A stretch of 64,000 bases of DNA, taken from assembly GCA_963422645.2 (NCBI GenBank), contig CAXXVO010000009.1:128001-192000 (forward strand), in the 5' to 3' direction. A program made the position numbers and the translations under genes. Positions 37,885-48,969 of this stretch are shown here, piece by piece; position 1 is the stretch's first letter; each line of letters begins with the position of its first letter. Origin of the DNA: Alphaproteobacteria bacterium. GTDB lineage: Bacteria > Pseudomonadota > Alphaproteobacteria > UBA828. Below the pieces are notes generated by a model, which ran no database searches, was not told the origin of the DNA, and saw only the letters and a list, made by a program, of their open reading frames with translations.

Positions 37885-40251
37885 TCAGGCGCGGCGCCGT
37901 GCCTGGTCGACGCAGGCGAGTGCGGCCATGTCGAGGATGGCGTCGGTATCGATCCGGTGCTTGGCGTAGAGCGCCGGAATGTCGCCGGATTCGCCGAAGC
38001 CCGTGACGCCGAGCGGATAGGCGCGGTGGCCGGCGACCGTACCGAGCCAGGAGAGCGCCGCCGGGTGGCCGTCGAGCACGGTGATGAGAGCCGCGTCGGG
38101 CGGCAACCGGCCGAGCAGGGCTTCGGCGTGGGTCGGCGGCACCGCCTCGCCCCTTGCGCGGGCCTGGGTCGCGTCCATCAAGTCGCCGTAGAGCCGGTCG
38201 GCAGAGGTGACGGCGAGCAGACCAACGCCCGGTATCTCGTCGGCCAGCGCCGCGTGGGCCTCCTGCGCCTCGGGCCCGATGGCGCCGGAGAAGGCCAGCG
38301 CCAAGGGGGCGTCCGGCGCGGGCTCCACCAGCCAGTAAGCGCCAGCCAGCAGATCGCACCGGAGCGCCGCGTCGATCTCGCGCTCGGGCTGGTCGATGGT
38401 GCGGGTGGAGAGGCGGCAGTAGAGCGCGCCGCCGTCCGGCTCCTGCAGGTGGCCGAAGCCCCAGAGCATGATCTCGGCGACCTCGTCGGCGAAGGCCGGC
38501 TCGAAGGAGATGAGCCCCGGCTGGCCCATGCCTAGCAGCGGCGTGCCGACCGACTGGTGCGCGCCGCCCTCGGGCGCGAGCGTGATGCCCGAGGGCGTGC
38601 CGGCCAGCATAAAGCGCGCGTCCTGATAGCAGGCGTAGTTCAGCGCATCGAGGCCGCGCGCGATGAAGGGGTCGTAGACCGTGCCCACCGGCAGCAGCCG
38701 GGCGCCGAAGAAGTCGTCGCTCAGCCCGAGCGCGGCGAGCAGGAGGAAGAGGTTGTTCTCCGCGATCCCGAGCTCGACGTGCTGGCCGTTCCGACTGAGC
38801 GTCCACTTCTGCATCGAGACCACCTTCTCGGAGCGGAAGACGTCCTCGCGGTCGGCGCGGTCGAAGATGCCGCGCTGGTTCACCCAGCCGCCGAGATTGG
38901 TCGAGACCGTGACATCGGGCGAGGTGGTGACGATGCGTTCGGCGAGCGGGCCCTCGCCCTTGCCGAGCTCGTTGAGGATGCGGCCGAAGGCCTCCTGCGT
39001 GGACATGCGGGGGCCGGGGCGGAAGGGCAGCGCGTCGGGCAGCGGCACGGCCAGCGCCGAATGCCGGCCCGGCTTGCGGTTGAAGGGGGCTGCCCCGATG
39101 AACGCCTCCAGGGTCTCATCGTCGAGCCCGAGGCCCGCGAAGCGCGACCATTCGGCGCCTTCGTCCACGTCCATCGCGGCCCGAAAATCGACCATCTGCT
39201 CTTCGTTCATGATGCCGGCGTGATTGTCCTTGTGGCCGGCGAAGGGCAGCCCGAAGCCCTTGATCGTGTACGCGATGAAGCAGTGGGGAAGGTCAGAATC
39301 GACCTCGCGCAGCGCCTCCAGTACCGCCTCCATGTCGTGGCCCGCGAGGTTGGTCATCAGATCCTGCAGGCCGCCGTCGTCGTAGTCCGCGAGCAGCGCC
39401 TTCATGCCTGCGACGTGGCCGATGTCCTGGCCGAGGCGTTCGCGCCAGGCGGCACCGCCCTTGAAGGTGAGCGCGCAGTAAAGCTCGTTGGGACAGTCGT
39501 CGATCCACTGGCGGAGCGCTTCGCCGCCGGGCTTGGCGAAGGCCGCCTGCTGGCGGAGGCCGTATTTGAGGATCACCACCTTCCAGCCGACCGCCTGGAA
39601 GAAGTCCTTGATCTTCTGAAACAATCGATCGGAGACGACACGGTCGAGGCTTTGGCGGTTATAGTCGATGATCCACCAGAGGTTCCGCACATCGTGCTTC
39701 CAGCCCTCCAGCAGCGCCTCGAAGACGTTGCCCTCGTCGAGCTCCGCGTCGCCCATGACGGCGATCATGCGGCCGAGCGGGCGCTGGTCGGGCGAGAGCT
39801 TGTGGGAGCGCACGTAGTCCTGGACCATGGAGGCGAAGAGCGTCATACCCACCCCGAGCCCGACCGAGCCGGTGGAGATGTCGACGTCGTCGCTGTCCTT
39901 GGTGCGCGACGGGTAGCTCTGGGCGCCGCCGAAGGCCCGGAAGTCTTCGAGCTTCTCGCGGGACTGATTGCCGAAGAGGTACTGGATCGCGTGGAATACC
40001 GGGCTCGCATGGGGCTTTACGGCGACCCGGTCGTTCGGCCCGAGCACGTCGAAGTAGAGCGCCGTCATCAGCGTCGCCACCGAGGCGCAGGACGCCTGGT
40101 GACCGCCCACCTTGAGCCCGTCGCGCACGGGGCGCAGATGGTTGGCGTTGTGCACCATCCACGACGACAGCCACAGCACCTTGCGCTCGAGCGCGTTGAG
40201 GCAGGCGAGGGTCTCCGGCGCGACGGCCGGCCTGTTGACGAGCTGGCTCAT
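37885..40251 (-). CDS. ThDP-dependent AceE/transketolase-like 2-oxoacid dehydrogenase E1
   Basis: KVGGHQAS, KPHASP, QSYP, STGSVGLG, ThDP motif GDAELDEG..N, ELGIAE and EGGAHQ. Confidence 0.88.
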   Translation of the reverse strand: MSQLVNRPAVAPETLACLNALERKVLWLSSWMVHNANHLRPVRDGLKVGGHQASCASVATLMTALYFDVLGPNDRVAVKPHASPVFHAIQYLFGNQSREKLEDFRAFGGAQSYPSRTKDSDDVDISTGSVGLGVGMTLFASMVQDYVRSHKLSPDQRPLGRMIAVMGDAELDEGNVFEALLEGWKHDVRNLWWIIDYNRQSLDRVVSDRLFQKIKDFFQAVGWKVVILKYGLRQQAAFAKPGGEALRQWIDDCPNELYCALTFKGGAAWRERLGQDIGHVAGMKALLADYDDGGLQDLMTNLAGHDMEAVLEALREVDSDLPHCFIAYTIKGFGLPFAGHKDNHAGIMNEEQMVDFRAAMDVDEGAEWSRFAGLGLDDETLEAFIGAAPFNRKPGRHSALAVPLPDALPFRPGPRMSTQEAFGRILNELGKGEGPLAERIVTTSPDVTVSTNLGGWVNQRGIFDRADREDVFRSEKVVSMQKWTLSRNGQHVELGIAENNLFLLLAALGLSDDFFGARLLPVGTVYDPFIARGLDALNYACYQDARFMLAGTPSGITLAPEGGAHQSVGTPLLGMGQPGLISFEPAFADEVAEIMLWGFGHLQEPDGGALYCRLSTRTIDQPEREIDAALRCDLLAGAYWLVEPAPDAPLALAFSGAIGPEAQEAHAALADEIPGVGLLAVTSADRLYGDLMDATQARARGEAVPPTHAEALLGRLPPDAALITVLDGHPAALSWLGTVAGHRAYPLGVTGFGESGDIPALYAKHRIDTDAILDMAALACVDQARRRA

Positions 40252-40351
40252 GGGGCCTCCCCTCCGCCAAGTCTAGCGCAGACGCACCGTCGCGGCCATC
40301 GCGGCGCCGGAACACGCCGGTGAGCAGGATGGCGCGCGACGAGATGACCCG

Positions 40352-41011
40352 ATGAGCGCGCGCCTTCGCGGCGACGACGCGGCGGCGCGGGAGGCCGCCG
40401 CCATCACGCTCGCGGAATACGACAGCATGGCGGAGGCCTACCGCCGCGGCACGGCCGACCACGACGTGAGCCAGAACATCGGGGCCCTGCTCGACGCCAT
40501 CGCGGGCGCACCGCCCTACGCGATTCTCGATCTCGGCTGCGGGCCGGGCCGCGACCTGCGCGTCTTCACCGAACTCGGGCACGAGGTCACGGGGCTAGAC
40601 GGTGCGGCCGAACTGGTCGCCCTCGCCCGCGCGAAGACCCACTGCCCGGTGCTGCTGCAGGACTTTCTGGCCCTCGACCTGCCATCCGCGCAATTCGACG
40701 GGATCTTCGCCAACGCCTCGCTCTTCCACGTGCCGAGCAGCCAGATCGCGCGCGTGCTCGCCGACCTCGCGGCGGCGCTGAAACCCGGTGGCGTGCTCTT
40801 CTGCTCGAATCCGCGCGGCGACAACCAGGAGGGCTGGGTCGGCGGCCGCTACGGCTGCTTCTACGACCTGGAGACCTGGCGCGCCTACTGCACGGCCGCC
40901 GGCTTCGCCGAGCTCCACCACTACTATCGGCCGCCTGGCCGCCCGCGCCACGAGCAGCCCTGGCTCGCGACCGTCTGGCGCAAGCCCGAGGCCATCCAGA
41001 CGACAGCCTGA
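40352..41011 (+). CDS. Class I SAM-dependent methyltransferase
   Basis: ILDLGCGPGRD, GLDG, FDGIFANASLFHVP and LKPGG. Confidence 0.9.
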   Translation: MSARLRGDDAAAREAAAITLAEYDSMAEAYRRGTADHDVSQNIGALLDAIAGAPPYAILDLGCGPGRDLRVFTELGHEVTGLDGAAELVALARAKTHCPVLLQDFLALDLPSAQFDGIFANASLFHVPSSQIARVLADLAAALKPGGVLFCSNPRGDNQEGWVGGRYGCFYDLETWRAYCTAAGFAELHHYYRPPGRPRHEQPWLATVWRKPEAIQTTA

Positions 41012-41039
41012 CCTGATCGACCTTCACCGGGAGAAAGCC

Positions 41040-42038
41040 ATGCGAGTACAGATCATCCCTGCATGGGGCGGGGCCGAGAACTTCGAGGCCGCGACCCTGC
41101 CCGATCCCGTACCGGGCCCCGGCGAGGTGCTGGTGCAGATCGCCGCCAGCAGCGTCAACCCCGCCGACTACAAGCTGCGCCAGGCCGGGCCGCCGATCGC
41201 GCCCGAGCTGCCGGCGGTGCTCGGCTGCGACGCGGCGGGGCGCGAGCTGGCGGTGGGCGACGGCGTGGAGGGCTTCGCGCCGGGGGATGATGTCTATGGC
41301 TGCGTCGGCGGCGTGCGCGGGGTGCCGGGCTGCTACGCAGAGATGATCGCGGCCGACGCGCGGCTGCTCGCGCCCAAGCCTGCGTCGCTCACGCTCCGCG
41401 AGGCGGCGGCGCTGCCGCTGGTCACCATCACCGCGTGGGAGGGGCTCGGCCGGGCAGGCGTGCGCGAAGGCCAATCGGTGCTGGTTCACGGCGGGGCGGG
41501 CGGGGTCGGCCACGTGGCGATCCAGCTCGCGAAGGCGCGGGGCGCCGTGGTCTCCACCACCGTCTCCTCGGAGGCGAAGGCGGCGCTGGCCCACAAGCTC
41601 GGCGCCGATCACACCATCGACTATCGGGCCGAGTCGGTGGACGACTACGTCGCGCGGCTCACGGAAGGCACGGGCTTCGACGTGGTCTACGACGCCACCG
41701 GCGGCAGCGACATCGCCGCGTCCTTCCAGGCGGCGCGGCTCAACGGGCAGGTGGTCGCCATCGTCTCGCGATACGACGCCAACCTTGCGCCCATGCACAT
41801 CAAGGGGCTCACGCTCCACGTGGTGTTCATGCTCCTCCCGATGCTGCACGATGTGGACCGCGCCGAGCACGGGCGCATCCTGCGGGAGGCCGCAGCGCTG
41901 GCCGTTGCCGGCAGGCTCCGCCCGCATCTGGACCCGCAGCGATTCGACCTCGCCTCGGTCGCCGACGCCCACCGCCACCTCGAAAGCGGGCACGCCGTGG
42001 GCAAGGTGGTGATCGACGTGGCGGAGGGTCTGGCTTAG
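41040..42038 (+). CDS. MDR-family NADPH:quinone oxidoreductase-like protein
   Basis: SVNP.D, AAALPLV.ITAWE, VLVHGGAGGVG and GKVVI. Confidence 0.88.
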   Translation: MRVQIIPAWGGAENFEAATLPDPVPGPGEVLVQIAASSVNPADYKLRQAGPPIAPELPAVLGCDAAGRELAVGDGVEGFAPGDDVYGCVGGVRGVPGCYAEMIAADARLLAPKPASLTLREAAALPLVTITAWEGLGRAGVREGQSVLVHGGAGGVGHVAIQLAKARGAVVSTTVSSEAKAALAHKLGADHTIDYRAESVDDYVARLTEGTGFDVVYDATGGSDIAASFQAARLNGQVVAIVSRYDANLAPMHIKGLTLHVVFMLLPMLHDVDRAEHGRILREAAALAVAGRLRPHLDPQRFDLASVADAHRHLESGHAVGKVVIDVAEGLA

Positions 42039-42215
42039 CCCGCATTTCTTACACCGGACGATGGTGCGGTGGACGGCGGGGGTGGAGGGCGCAACATGCC
42101 GGCATGAGACGTGTGACCCTTGTGACAGGACCGATCCGGCGACCCGGACGTTGCAGGCGTATCGCAGGTGCCTCAATCTGCCCCTCGAACAACTGCGATT
42201 AACCCCCCTCCGCGG

Positions 42216-42333
42216 CCCGTTTTGCACCGCTTTGGCCCGCCATGAGCCACTTTGAGCCGCTCGCTTCGGACCACCTTGGGTCACTTTGGACCACTTTGAG
42301 CCACCTTGAGCCGGAATAAGCCGGAATAGGCCG
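42216..42333. repeat. Degenerate 10-bp-period tandem repeat
   Basis: Units near CCAC(T/C)TTG(A/G)(G/A) in two phased blocks, ending in CCGGAATA(A/G)G x2. Confidence 0.7.
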
Positions 42334-42437
42334 CCAAAACATGTTTGGGCTTGTCCGCTCCGGGCCGGCGGCGCTCACCGGTGGCCTGAGGTTAGGCCGA
42401 AGCCTTACAATGGAGCGATCGAACAGGACGGCGGACC

Positions 42438-43475
42438 ATGATCTTTCGCCAGCTCTATCACATGACCTCGGGCACCTATACCTACCTGCTGGGTGGCCGC
42501 GCGGGCGGCGAGGCGCTCATCATCGACCCCGTGCAGGAGCAGGTGGAGCGCTACCTCGCGCTGCTCGACGAGCTCGATCTCAGCCTCGCCAAGGTGGTGG
42601 ATACCCATGTCCACGCCGACCACATCAGCGGCATGCCGGATCTCCGGGACCGCACGAAGTGCGTCACCGTCATAGGCCGGGAGGCACCGGTGGACGTGGT
42701 CTCGATGCGGGTCGGCGACGGCGATCCGGTCGAGATCGAGGGCGTCAGCCTGCGCGCGCTGCACACGCCGGGCCACACGGCCGAGTCCTACAGCTTCGCC
42801 ATGGAGGACCGGGTCTTCACTGGGGATACCCTGCTGATCCGGGGCACCGGCCGCACCGACTTCCAGAACGGCGATCCGCTGCAGCAGTACGACTCGCTCT
42901 TCAACAAGCTGCTCACGCTGCCCGACGAAACGCTGGTCTACCCCGGCCACGACTACAAGGGTGACACGGTCAGCACCATCGGCGAGGAGCGGCGCTTCAA
43001 CCCGCGCCTGCAGGTCGCCTCGCCCGCCGACTATGCGGCGCTGATGAAGGGCCTCAACCTCGCCAACCCCAAGATGATGGACGTGGCGGTGCCGGCGAAC
43101 CTGCGCGTCGGCCGCGGCCAGGCGGACGAGGCGCACCCGGAGTGCGCGATGACCGCGCAGGAAGTCATGCACGGCCAGCGGCCCGACGACATCCTTGTCG
43201 ACCTGCGGGAGGAAGGCGAGCGCGAGCGGGAAGGGGCGATCCCGAATTCCGTTCACGCACCCTACGGCCAGCTCACAGGCATGATCGGCTCGGGCGGGGC
43301 ATTGCGCGCGCTGGCGGCGCGCCCCGGGCATCGGCTGGTCTACTACTGCGCCTTCGGCGAGCGCTCGGCGATGGCGGTCGACGCCTCGCGCGAGAGCGGG
43401 CTGGGGAACGTCTGCCACGTGATCGGCGGCATCGCCGCCTGGCGAGAGGCCGGCGGCACGACCGAAGAGTGCTGA
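42438..43475 (+). CDS. Persulfide dioxygenase (ETHE1-like MBL)-rhodanese fusion
   Basis: TYTYLL, DTHVHADHISG, TPGHT, FTGDTLLIRG.GRTDFQ and YPGHDY. Rhodanese loop CAFGER. Confidence 0.9.
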   Translation: MIFRQLYHMTSGTYTYLLGGRAGGEALIIDPVQEQVERYLALLDELDLSLAKVVDTHVHADHISGMPDLRDRTKCVTVIGREAPVDVVSMRVGDGDPVEIEGVSLRALHTPGHTAESYSFAMEDRVFTGDTLLIRGTGRTDFQNGDPLQQYDSLFNKLLTLPDETLVYPGHDYKGDTVSTIGEERRFNPRLQVASPADYAALMKGLNLANPKMMDVAVPANLRVGRGQADEAHPECAMTAQEVMHGQRPDDILVDLREEGEREREGAIPNSVHAPYGQLTGMIGSGGALRALAARPGHRLVYYCAFGERSAMAVDASRESGLGNVCHVIGGIAAWREAGGTTEEC

Positions 43476-43560
43476 CCCTGCACCGGTATCGGCCGGGACC
43501 TGCGCTTGCCCGCAACCGTCACTCCATGTTTCAGTCCGGCCGGGTCATGGGGGGAGCGGA

Positions 43561-44673
43561 ATGAAGCTCGGCATGTTCATGATGCCGGTGAACGATCACC
43601 GGCGGGACACCCACACGGTGCTCAAGGAGGACGTGGAGATCGCGGTCGCCTGCGATCGCCTCGGCTTCGACGAGTTCTGGATCGGCGAGCACTACACCAC
43701 GCTGAGCGAGCCGGTGACCTGCCCCTTCATGTTCCTCTCCAACCTGATCGCGCGCACCGAGCGCATGAAGCTCGGCACCGGCGTGGTCAACCTGCCCCAG
43801 CGCCACCCGGTGCAGACCGCCGCCCACGCCGCGCTGCTCGACCACCTGAGCGACGGGCGGTTGATCCTGGGCGTGAGCCCCGGCGGGCTGGTCAGCGACT
43901 TCGAGATGTTCGGCGTGACCGACCTCCAGGTTCGCCGTGAGATGGCGGGCGAAGCCATCGAGACCGTGCTCAAGCTCTGGTCCACCGAGCCGCCCTACGA
44001 CATCCGGGGCAAGTACTGGACCCTCAGGCTCGAGGACTATCACTGGCCGGACCTCGGCGTCGGCGCCATGATCAAGCCCTACCAGAAGCCGCATCCGCCG
44101 CTCGTGGCCTCGGCCATGAGCCCGGATTCTGGCGGCGTGCGTTCCGCCGCGGCGCGGGGCTGGGGCGTGATCTCAGCGAATTTCGTGCCGGAGTCCACCA
44201 TCAAGAACCACTGGCAGGGCTTTTCCGACGGCTGCGCGCGGGCCGGCCGCGAGCCCATGCCGGCCGACTGGCGCGTCGCCCGCTCGATCTTCGTTGCCGA
44301 GGACGATGCCTGGGCCAAGGCCTATGTGCGCGACCCCGAGGGGCCCTTCGCCCACTACTACGGCTATTTGGTGACGCTGGTCAGGCGCGCCGCCTTCCAC
44401 GCCATCATGAAGAGCGGGCCTGAGATGGCGGACGAGGACGTGACGCCGGAGTACGCCTGCGACGCCTTCTCCGTCGCTGGCGATCCGGACTCGGTGGCCG
44501 AGCAGATCCTCGCGCTGCGCGAGGAGGTGGGGCCCTTCGGCACCATCCTGATGACGGCGACCGATTGCCTGAACGAGACCCACAAGGCGCACCAGCTCAG
44601 GTCGATGCGGCTCATGGCCGACGAGGTCATACCCAGGCTCCGGCGCGCCCTCGGCGACCGGGCGGCGGCTTAG
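43561..44673 (+). CDS. Luciferase-like (LLM) flavin-dependent oxidoreductase
   Basis: GFDE.WIGEH, KLGTGV.NLP..HP, LDHL..GR.ILG and KPYQKPHPP. Confidence 0.9.
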   Translation: MKLGMFMMPVNDHRRDTHTVLKEDVEIAVACDRLGFDEFWIGEHYTTLSEPVTCPFMFLSNLIARTERMKLGTGVVNLPQRHPVQTAAHAALLDHLSDGRLILGVSPGGLVSDFEMFGVTDLQVRREMAGEAIETVLKLWSTEPPYDIRGKYWTLRLEDYHWPDLGVGAMIKPYQKPHPPLVASAMSPDSGGVRSAAARGWGVISANFVPESTIKNHWQGFSDGCARAGREPMPADWRVARSIFVAEDDAWAKAYVRDPEGPFAHYYGYLVTLVRRAAFHAIMKSGPEMADEDVTPEYACDAFSVAGDPDSVAEQILALREEVGPFGTILMTATDCLNETHKAHQLRSMRLMADEVIPRLRRALGDRAAA

Positions 44674-44723
44674 GCCGCAGCATCGGCGCCGAACGCGGCC
44701 GGCGCACCGGTCCACCAAGGCAC

Positions 44724-45389
44724 ATGCGGACGCGGGTCAAGATCTGCTGCATCTCGAGCGTCGCTGAGGCGCAAGCCGCCGTTGCCGCCGGCGCCGATGC
44801 CATCGGGCTGGTGTCGGCGATGCCGAGCGGGCCGGGGGTGATCGAGGAGGGTCTGATCGCCGCGATCGCCGCCGCCGCACCGCCGGCCTTGGGGACCTTC
44901 CTGCTCACGTCGAAGCTGGAGCCCGCCGCCATTACCGCCCAGCAGCGCCGCTGCGGGGTCAACACGATCCAGCTCTGCGACGCTCTCGACGCGAGCGCCT
45001 ACCCGGCGCTGAGAGAGGCGTTGCCCGGCATTGCGCTGGTGCAGGTGATTCACGTGCGAAGCGAGAGCGCGGTCGCGGAGGCGCTGGACGTGGCCCCCAT
45101 GGTCGACGGACTGCTGCTCGATTCCGGCAATCCGACCGCCCCGGTGAAGGAGTTGGGCGGCACCGGACGGGTCCACGACTGGGCGCTGAGCCGGCGTATC
45201 GTGGTGGAGGCCCCCTGCCCCGTCTTTCTCGCCGGCGGGCTCAACCCCAACAACGTGACCGAGGCAATACGCCACGTGGGCCCTTACGGGGTCGATCTGT
45301 GCACAGGCGTCCGCACCGAAGGCGCCCTCGATGCCGCGAAGCTCGCCGCCTACATGGGCGCGGTTGCCACGGCGGACGCGGGGCGATGA
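44724..45389 (+). CDS. trpF: Phosphoribosylanthranilate isomerase-like protein
   Basis: RVKIC.I, GADAIGLV, LLLDS, GGTG.VHDW, LAGGLNP.NV and GVD...GV. Confidence 0.8.
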   Translation: MRTRVKICCISSVAEAQAAVAAGADAIGLVSAMPSGPGVIEEGLIAAIAAAAPPALGTFLLTSKLEPAAITAQQRRCGVNTIQLCDALDASAYPALREALPGIALVQVIHVRSESAVAEALDVAPMVDGLLLDSGNPTAPVKELGGTGRVHDWALSRRIVVEAPCPVFLAGGLNPNNVTEAIRHVGPYGVDLCTGVRTEGALDAAKLAAYMGAVATADAGR

Positions 45390-45474
45390 CTCCCAAGTTC
45401 GCGCAAAAGCACGTATTGATGGATCAACAGTCACAGTCTCGGCCCCTTGAATGGCCGCTTCGGGGAGATGGACC

Positions 45475-45728
<254 letters not shown>

Positions 45729-45847
45729 TGTTGTTAAGCGTGGAAAAGTGACCCCCTATTGGGGGTGATCGGCGTCCAAAATTGACCCCCTTGGATTTGT
45801 GTCCATGAACACACCTCGTCGTTTGGACGGACGGGGTGGTGGGGGAG

Positions 45848-47362
45848 ATGCTGGTTGTGGAAACGATCGCGAAGATCCGTCGGGATCATCTGGTGAAGGG
45901 CGTTCCGATCAAGAAGCTCGCCCGGGATTTGAGGGTTTCCAAGAACACGATACGCAAGGTGGTGCGGGGCGATGCGACCTCGCACAGCTACGAGCGCAAG
46001 ATCCAGCCGATGCCGAAGCTTGGGCTGTGGGTGGAGGAGCTTGAGCGCCAGCTGAAGGCCAACGAGAAGAAGGCACGCAAGGATCGGCTGTCTCTTCTGC
46101 GGATTCATGAAGACCTTGTGTCGCTGGGCTACAAGGGCGGCTATGACGCGGTTCGCCGCTATGCCAGGGCCTGGCGGCGCCGGTGGCGGCTGTTGTCGCC
46201 GGCGCAGGCCTATGTGCCGCTGATCTTCGATCCCGGCGAGGCCTACCAGTTCGACTGGAGCCACGAGTACGCGCGTCTGTCGGGCGCGACGACCAGGGTG
46301 AAGGCGGCGCACATGCGGCTGTGCCACAGCCGGATGTATCTGGTCCAGATCTTTCCCCGCGAGAGCCAGGAGATGGTCTTCGAGGCGCACGAGCGTGCCT
46401 TCCGCTTCTTCGGCGGGGTCTGCCGGCGGGGCATCTACGACAACATGAAGACGGCGGTGAGCACGATCTTCGTGGGCAAGAAGCGGGACTACAACCGCCG
46501 CTTCCAGGAGCTGTGCTCGCACCATCTGGTGGAGCCTGTGGCGTGCACGCCAGGGGCTGGCTGGGAGAAGGGGCAGGTCGAGAAGCAGGTGGGTGACCTT
46601 CGCGGCCGCCTGTTCGTGCCCATCCCGCGGGGCCGCTCCTACGCCGAGATCAACGAGTGGCTGATGGATCGGTGCATCGAGGACGCCAAGAAGCATCCGC
46701 ATCCGACAATCCCGGGCAAGACGGTGTGGCAGGTGTTCGAGGAGGAGCAGCCCTTCCTGATGGCGTATCGCGGCCCCTTCGACGGCTTCCATGCCAGCGA
46801 GGTGTCGGTCTCGAAGACCTGTCTGGTGCGCTTCGACAACAACCAGTACAGCGTCGCGGCCCGCGCCGTCGGCCGGCCGGTGGACGTGCGGGCCTATGCC
46901 GATCGGATCGTCATCCGCCAGGACGGCGAGACCGTTGCCGAGCACCCCCGCAGCTTCGGGCGCGGCCGGTTCGTCTACGATCCGTGGCATTACGTGCCGA
47001 TCCTGACGCGGAAGCCCGGCGCGCTACGCAATGGCGCGCCCTTCAAGGACTGGCAGTTGCCCAACGCGCTCGGCCGCCTGCGAACCCGGCTCGCGGGCCA
47101 CGACGACGGCGACCGGCAGTTCGTCAAGGTGCTCGCGGCGGTGCTGGAGGACGGACTGGAGGCGGTTGAGGCGGCCTGTGCCGAGACGCTCGACTGCGGT
47201 GCCTGCAGCGCCGACGTGGTGCTCAACATCCTCGCCCGGCAGCGCCAGCCGGCACCGCCGGCAATCATCCCGACGCCCGAGGGCCTGCAGCTTCGCCACA
47301 AGCCGGTAGCCGACTGTCAGCGCTACGACAGCCTGAGGGAGGCCGGTCATGGAGCGTCATGA
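45848..47362 (+). CDS. istA: IS21 transposase IstA
   Basis: [20 protein letters not shown] and GWEKGQVE. Confidence 0.93.
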   Translation: MLVVETIAKIRRDHLVKGVPIKKLARDLRVSKNTIRKVVRGDATSHSYERKIQPMPKLGLWVEELERQLKANEKKARKDRLSLLRIHEDLVSLGYKGGYDAVRRYARAWRRRWRLLSPAQAYVPLIFDPGEAYQFDWSHEYARLSGATTRVKAAHMRLCHSRMYLVQIFPRESQEMVFEAHERAFRFFGGVCRRGIYDNMKTAVSTIFVGKKRDYNRRFQELCSHHLVEPVACTPGAGWEKGQVEKQVGDLRGRLFVPIPRGRSYAEINEWLMDRCIEDAKKHPHPTIPGKTVWQVFEEEQPFLMAYRGPFDGFHASEVSVSKTCLVRFDNNQYSVAARAVGRPVDVRAYADRIVIRQDGETVAEHPRSFGRGRFVYDPWHYVPILTRKPGALRNGAPFKDWQLPNALGRLRTRLAGHDDGDRQFVKVLAAVLEDGLEAVEAACAETLDCGACSADVVLNILARQRQPAPPAIIPTPEGLQLRHKPVADCQRYDSLREAGHGAS

Positions 47363-48077
47363 TGTGCTGGAGATGATGACCCAGCTGAAGCTCGCAGGTA
47401 TGCGCGCCGCTTACGACGACATCCTTGCCGACGGGCTCAAGCGCCGCCATCCGGTGCAACAGATCATCGGTACGCTGCTGCAGGTCGAGATCGCCGACAA
47501 GAGGGCCCGCTCGATCAAGTACCAGATGGCCTCCGCCAAGCTGCCGACGGTCAAGGAGCTGGCCGACTTCGACTTCGCCGCCTCGCCGGTCAACGAGCCC
47601 CTGATCCAGGAGCTCGCCGGCGGCGGCTTCCTCGAGGGCAAACGCAACATCGTGCTGGTCGGCGGCACCGGTACCGGCAAGACCCATCTCGCCGTCGCCA
47701 TCGCGCGGTCCTGCATCCGCAAGGGCGCGCGCGGCCGGTGCTACAACGTCGTCGACCTGGTCAACCTCCTCGAGGCCGAGCTTCGCGCCGGACGCCAGGG
47801 CCGCACTGCAGACCAGCTCGTCCGCCGCGACTTCGTCATCCTCGACGAGCTCGGCTACCTGCCCTTCGCCCAGGCCGGTGGGCAGCTGCTCTTCCATCTG
47901 ATGAGCCGGCTCTACGAGCGCACCTCGATCGTCATCACCACAAACCTCGCCTTCGGCGAATGGCCATCCGTCTTCGGCGACCCCAAGATGACCACAGCGC
48001 TGCTCGATCGCCTCACCCATCATTGCGAGATCATCGAGACCGGCAACGAGAGCTGGCGCTTCAAGAACCGCTCCTGA
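47349..48077 (+). CDS. istB: IS21 helper ATPase IstB
   Basis: [22 protein letters not shown] and LLDRLTHH. Confidence 0.95.
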   Translation: MERHDVLEMMTQLKLAGMRAAYDDILADGLKRRHPVQQIIGTLLQVEIADKRARSIKYQMASAKLPTVKELADFDFAASPVNEPLIQELAGGGFLEGKRNIVLVGGTGTGKTHLAVAIARSCIRKGARGRCYNVVDLVNLLEAELRAGRQGRTADQLVRRDFVILDELGYLPFAQAGGQLLFHLMSRLYERTSIVITTNLAFGEWPSVFGDPKMTTALLDRLTHHCEIIETGNESWRFKNRS

Positions 48078-48279
48078 CCCGCCGCCGGCCTCCCTTGCGG
48101 CCCGGTTGCCCCGGTGGGCCAACAGGGACCCCCCACGCGGCTTCGCTCCGCGTAGCGCAGGGCGCCACACGAAGCCGCGCGGGTCCCCCCTATTGGCTAC
48201 CGGGACAACCTCCGCCGTGCCACTCAGGGGGGTCAATTTTGCACGCCGATCGGGGGTCAGTATTGAAAGCCGATTGACA

Positions 48280-48446
48280 GTCTCGGCGTCGTCGGGCGAT
48301 TGCGGCCCTTCGTCGGCACGGGGAGACGGCGGGGGAACCGGCGTCTCCTCGGCCTGCGGTCCCTCTTCCTGGGCGGCGGCCGGCAGGGAGAGGAACAGCG
48401 CGAGCGCGGCGAGGAGAAGGCTGCGCCGCAGCGAGGTAAGCGTCAT
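48280..48446 (-). pseudogene. 5' remnant of an exported protein gene (signal peptide), truncated by IS21; possibly Slam-like
   Basis: Signal peptide MTLTSLRRSLLLAALALFLSLPAAAQ. The Slam guess comes only from its position after a TbpB-like lipoprotein gene. Confidence 0.5.
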
Positions 48447-48478
48447 CGAGGGACCTTGGACTGCGCGCGGAGGGTCGG

Positions 48479-48508
48479 AAAAAGAGGGGCGGCCCGAGGG
48501 CCGCCCCG
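48479..48508 (-). terminator. Rho-independent terminator after the lipoprotein gene
   Basis: Minus strand GGGGCGGCCC-TC-GGGCCGCCCC followed by TCTTTTT. Confidence 0.7.
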
Positions 48509-48539
48509 TGCACTCCGGTCATCTCCGGTTCGTCAGTTG

Positions 48540-48879
48540 TTACTCGTCCTTTGTCGCGCCGAAGGCGCCGACAACGGCCGTGACTGGGTTTTCGTCAGCG
48601 TCGCTATCATCAGGATCCGCAGTCTCGGCCCAGAACTGCCCGGCCACACCGCTCGGGGCGATAGCATCCCCAGCCGCATCGGCGGCCGGCCCGAAGAACA
48701 TACCGTTCCACATTCCGGTCCAGGACACGCCGTCCGCCGAGCCGGTGGTAGCGGTAGCCCCAATGACCATATCGGTATTTCCATCCTGGGTCGTACCACC
48801 AAAGTCGAATGTGCCCAGCTCGACGACCCAGTCGTTCTCGCCACGACCTTGCGGATTTGCCATGTCCCCGGTATCGGCC
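48540..48879 (-). pseudogene. 3' part of a TbpB-like beta-barrel surface lipoprotein gene
   Basis: W.G.W.G.FFGP....APSGVAGQF and terminal VVGAFGATK. Rejoins 54179 across the duplicated GGTATCGGCC. Confidence 0.7.
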
Positions 48880-48969
48880 CAATGGCATTCACTTAGCGGT
48901 TTTCGACTGTTCACTTAAGGAGTCGTGTTCTTGCGCTGTCGGTTGCGTGCGTTTCTGTCGTTCAGGTGT

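Larger units (their letters stand above)
45729..48279 (+). mobile_element. IS21-family element, copy 1
   Basis: TGT...ACA ends, with TGACCCC at equal distance from both ends plus internal repeats. Carries istA-istB. No target duplication. Confidence 0.92.

Noticed and set aside
42216-42333. Possible CRISPR array
   Set aside because: 10-bp tandem units with no spacers, and no cas genes in the window.
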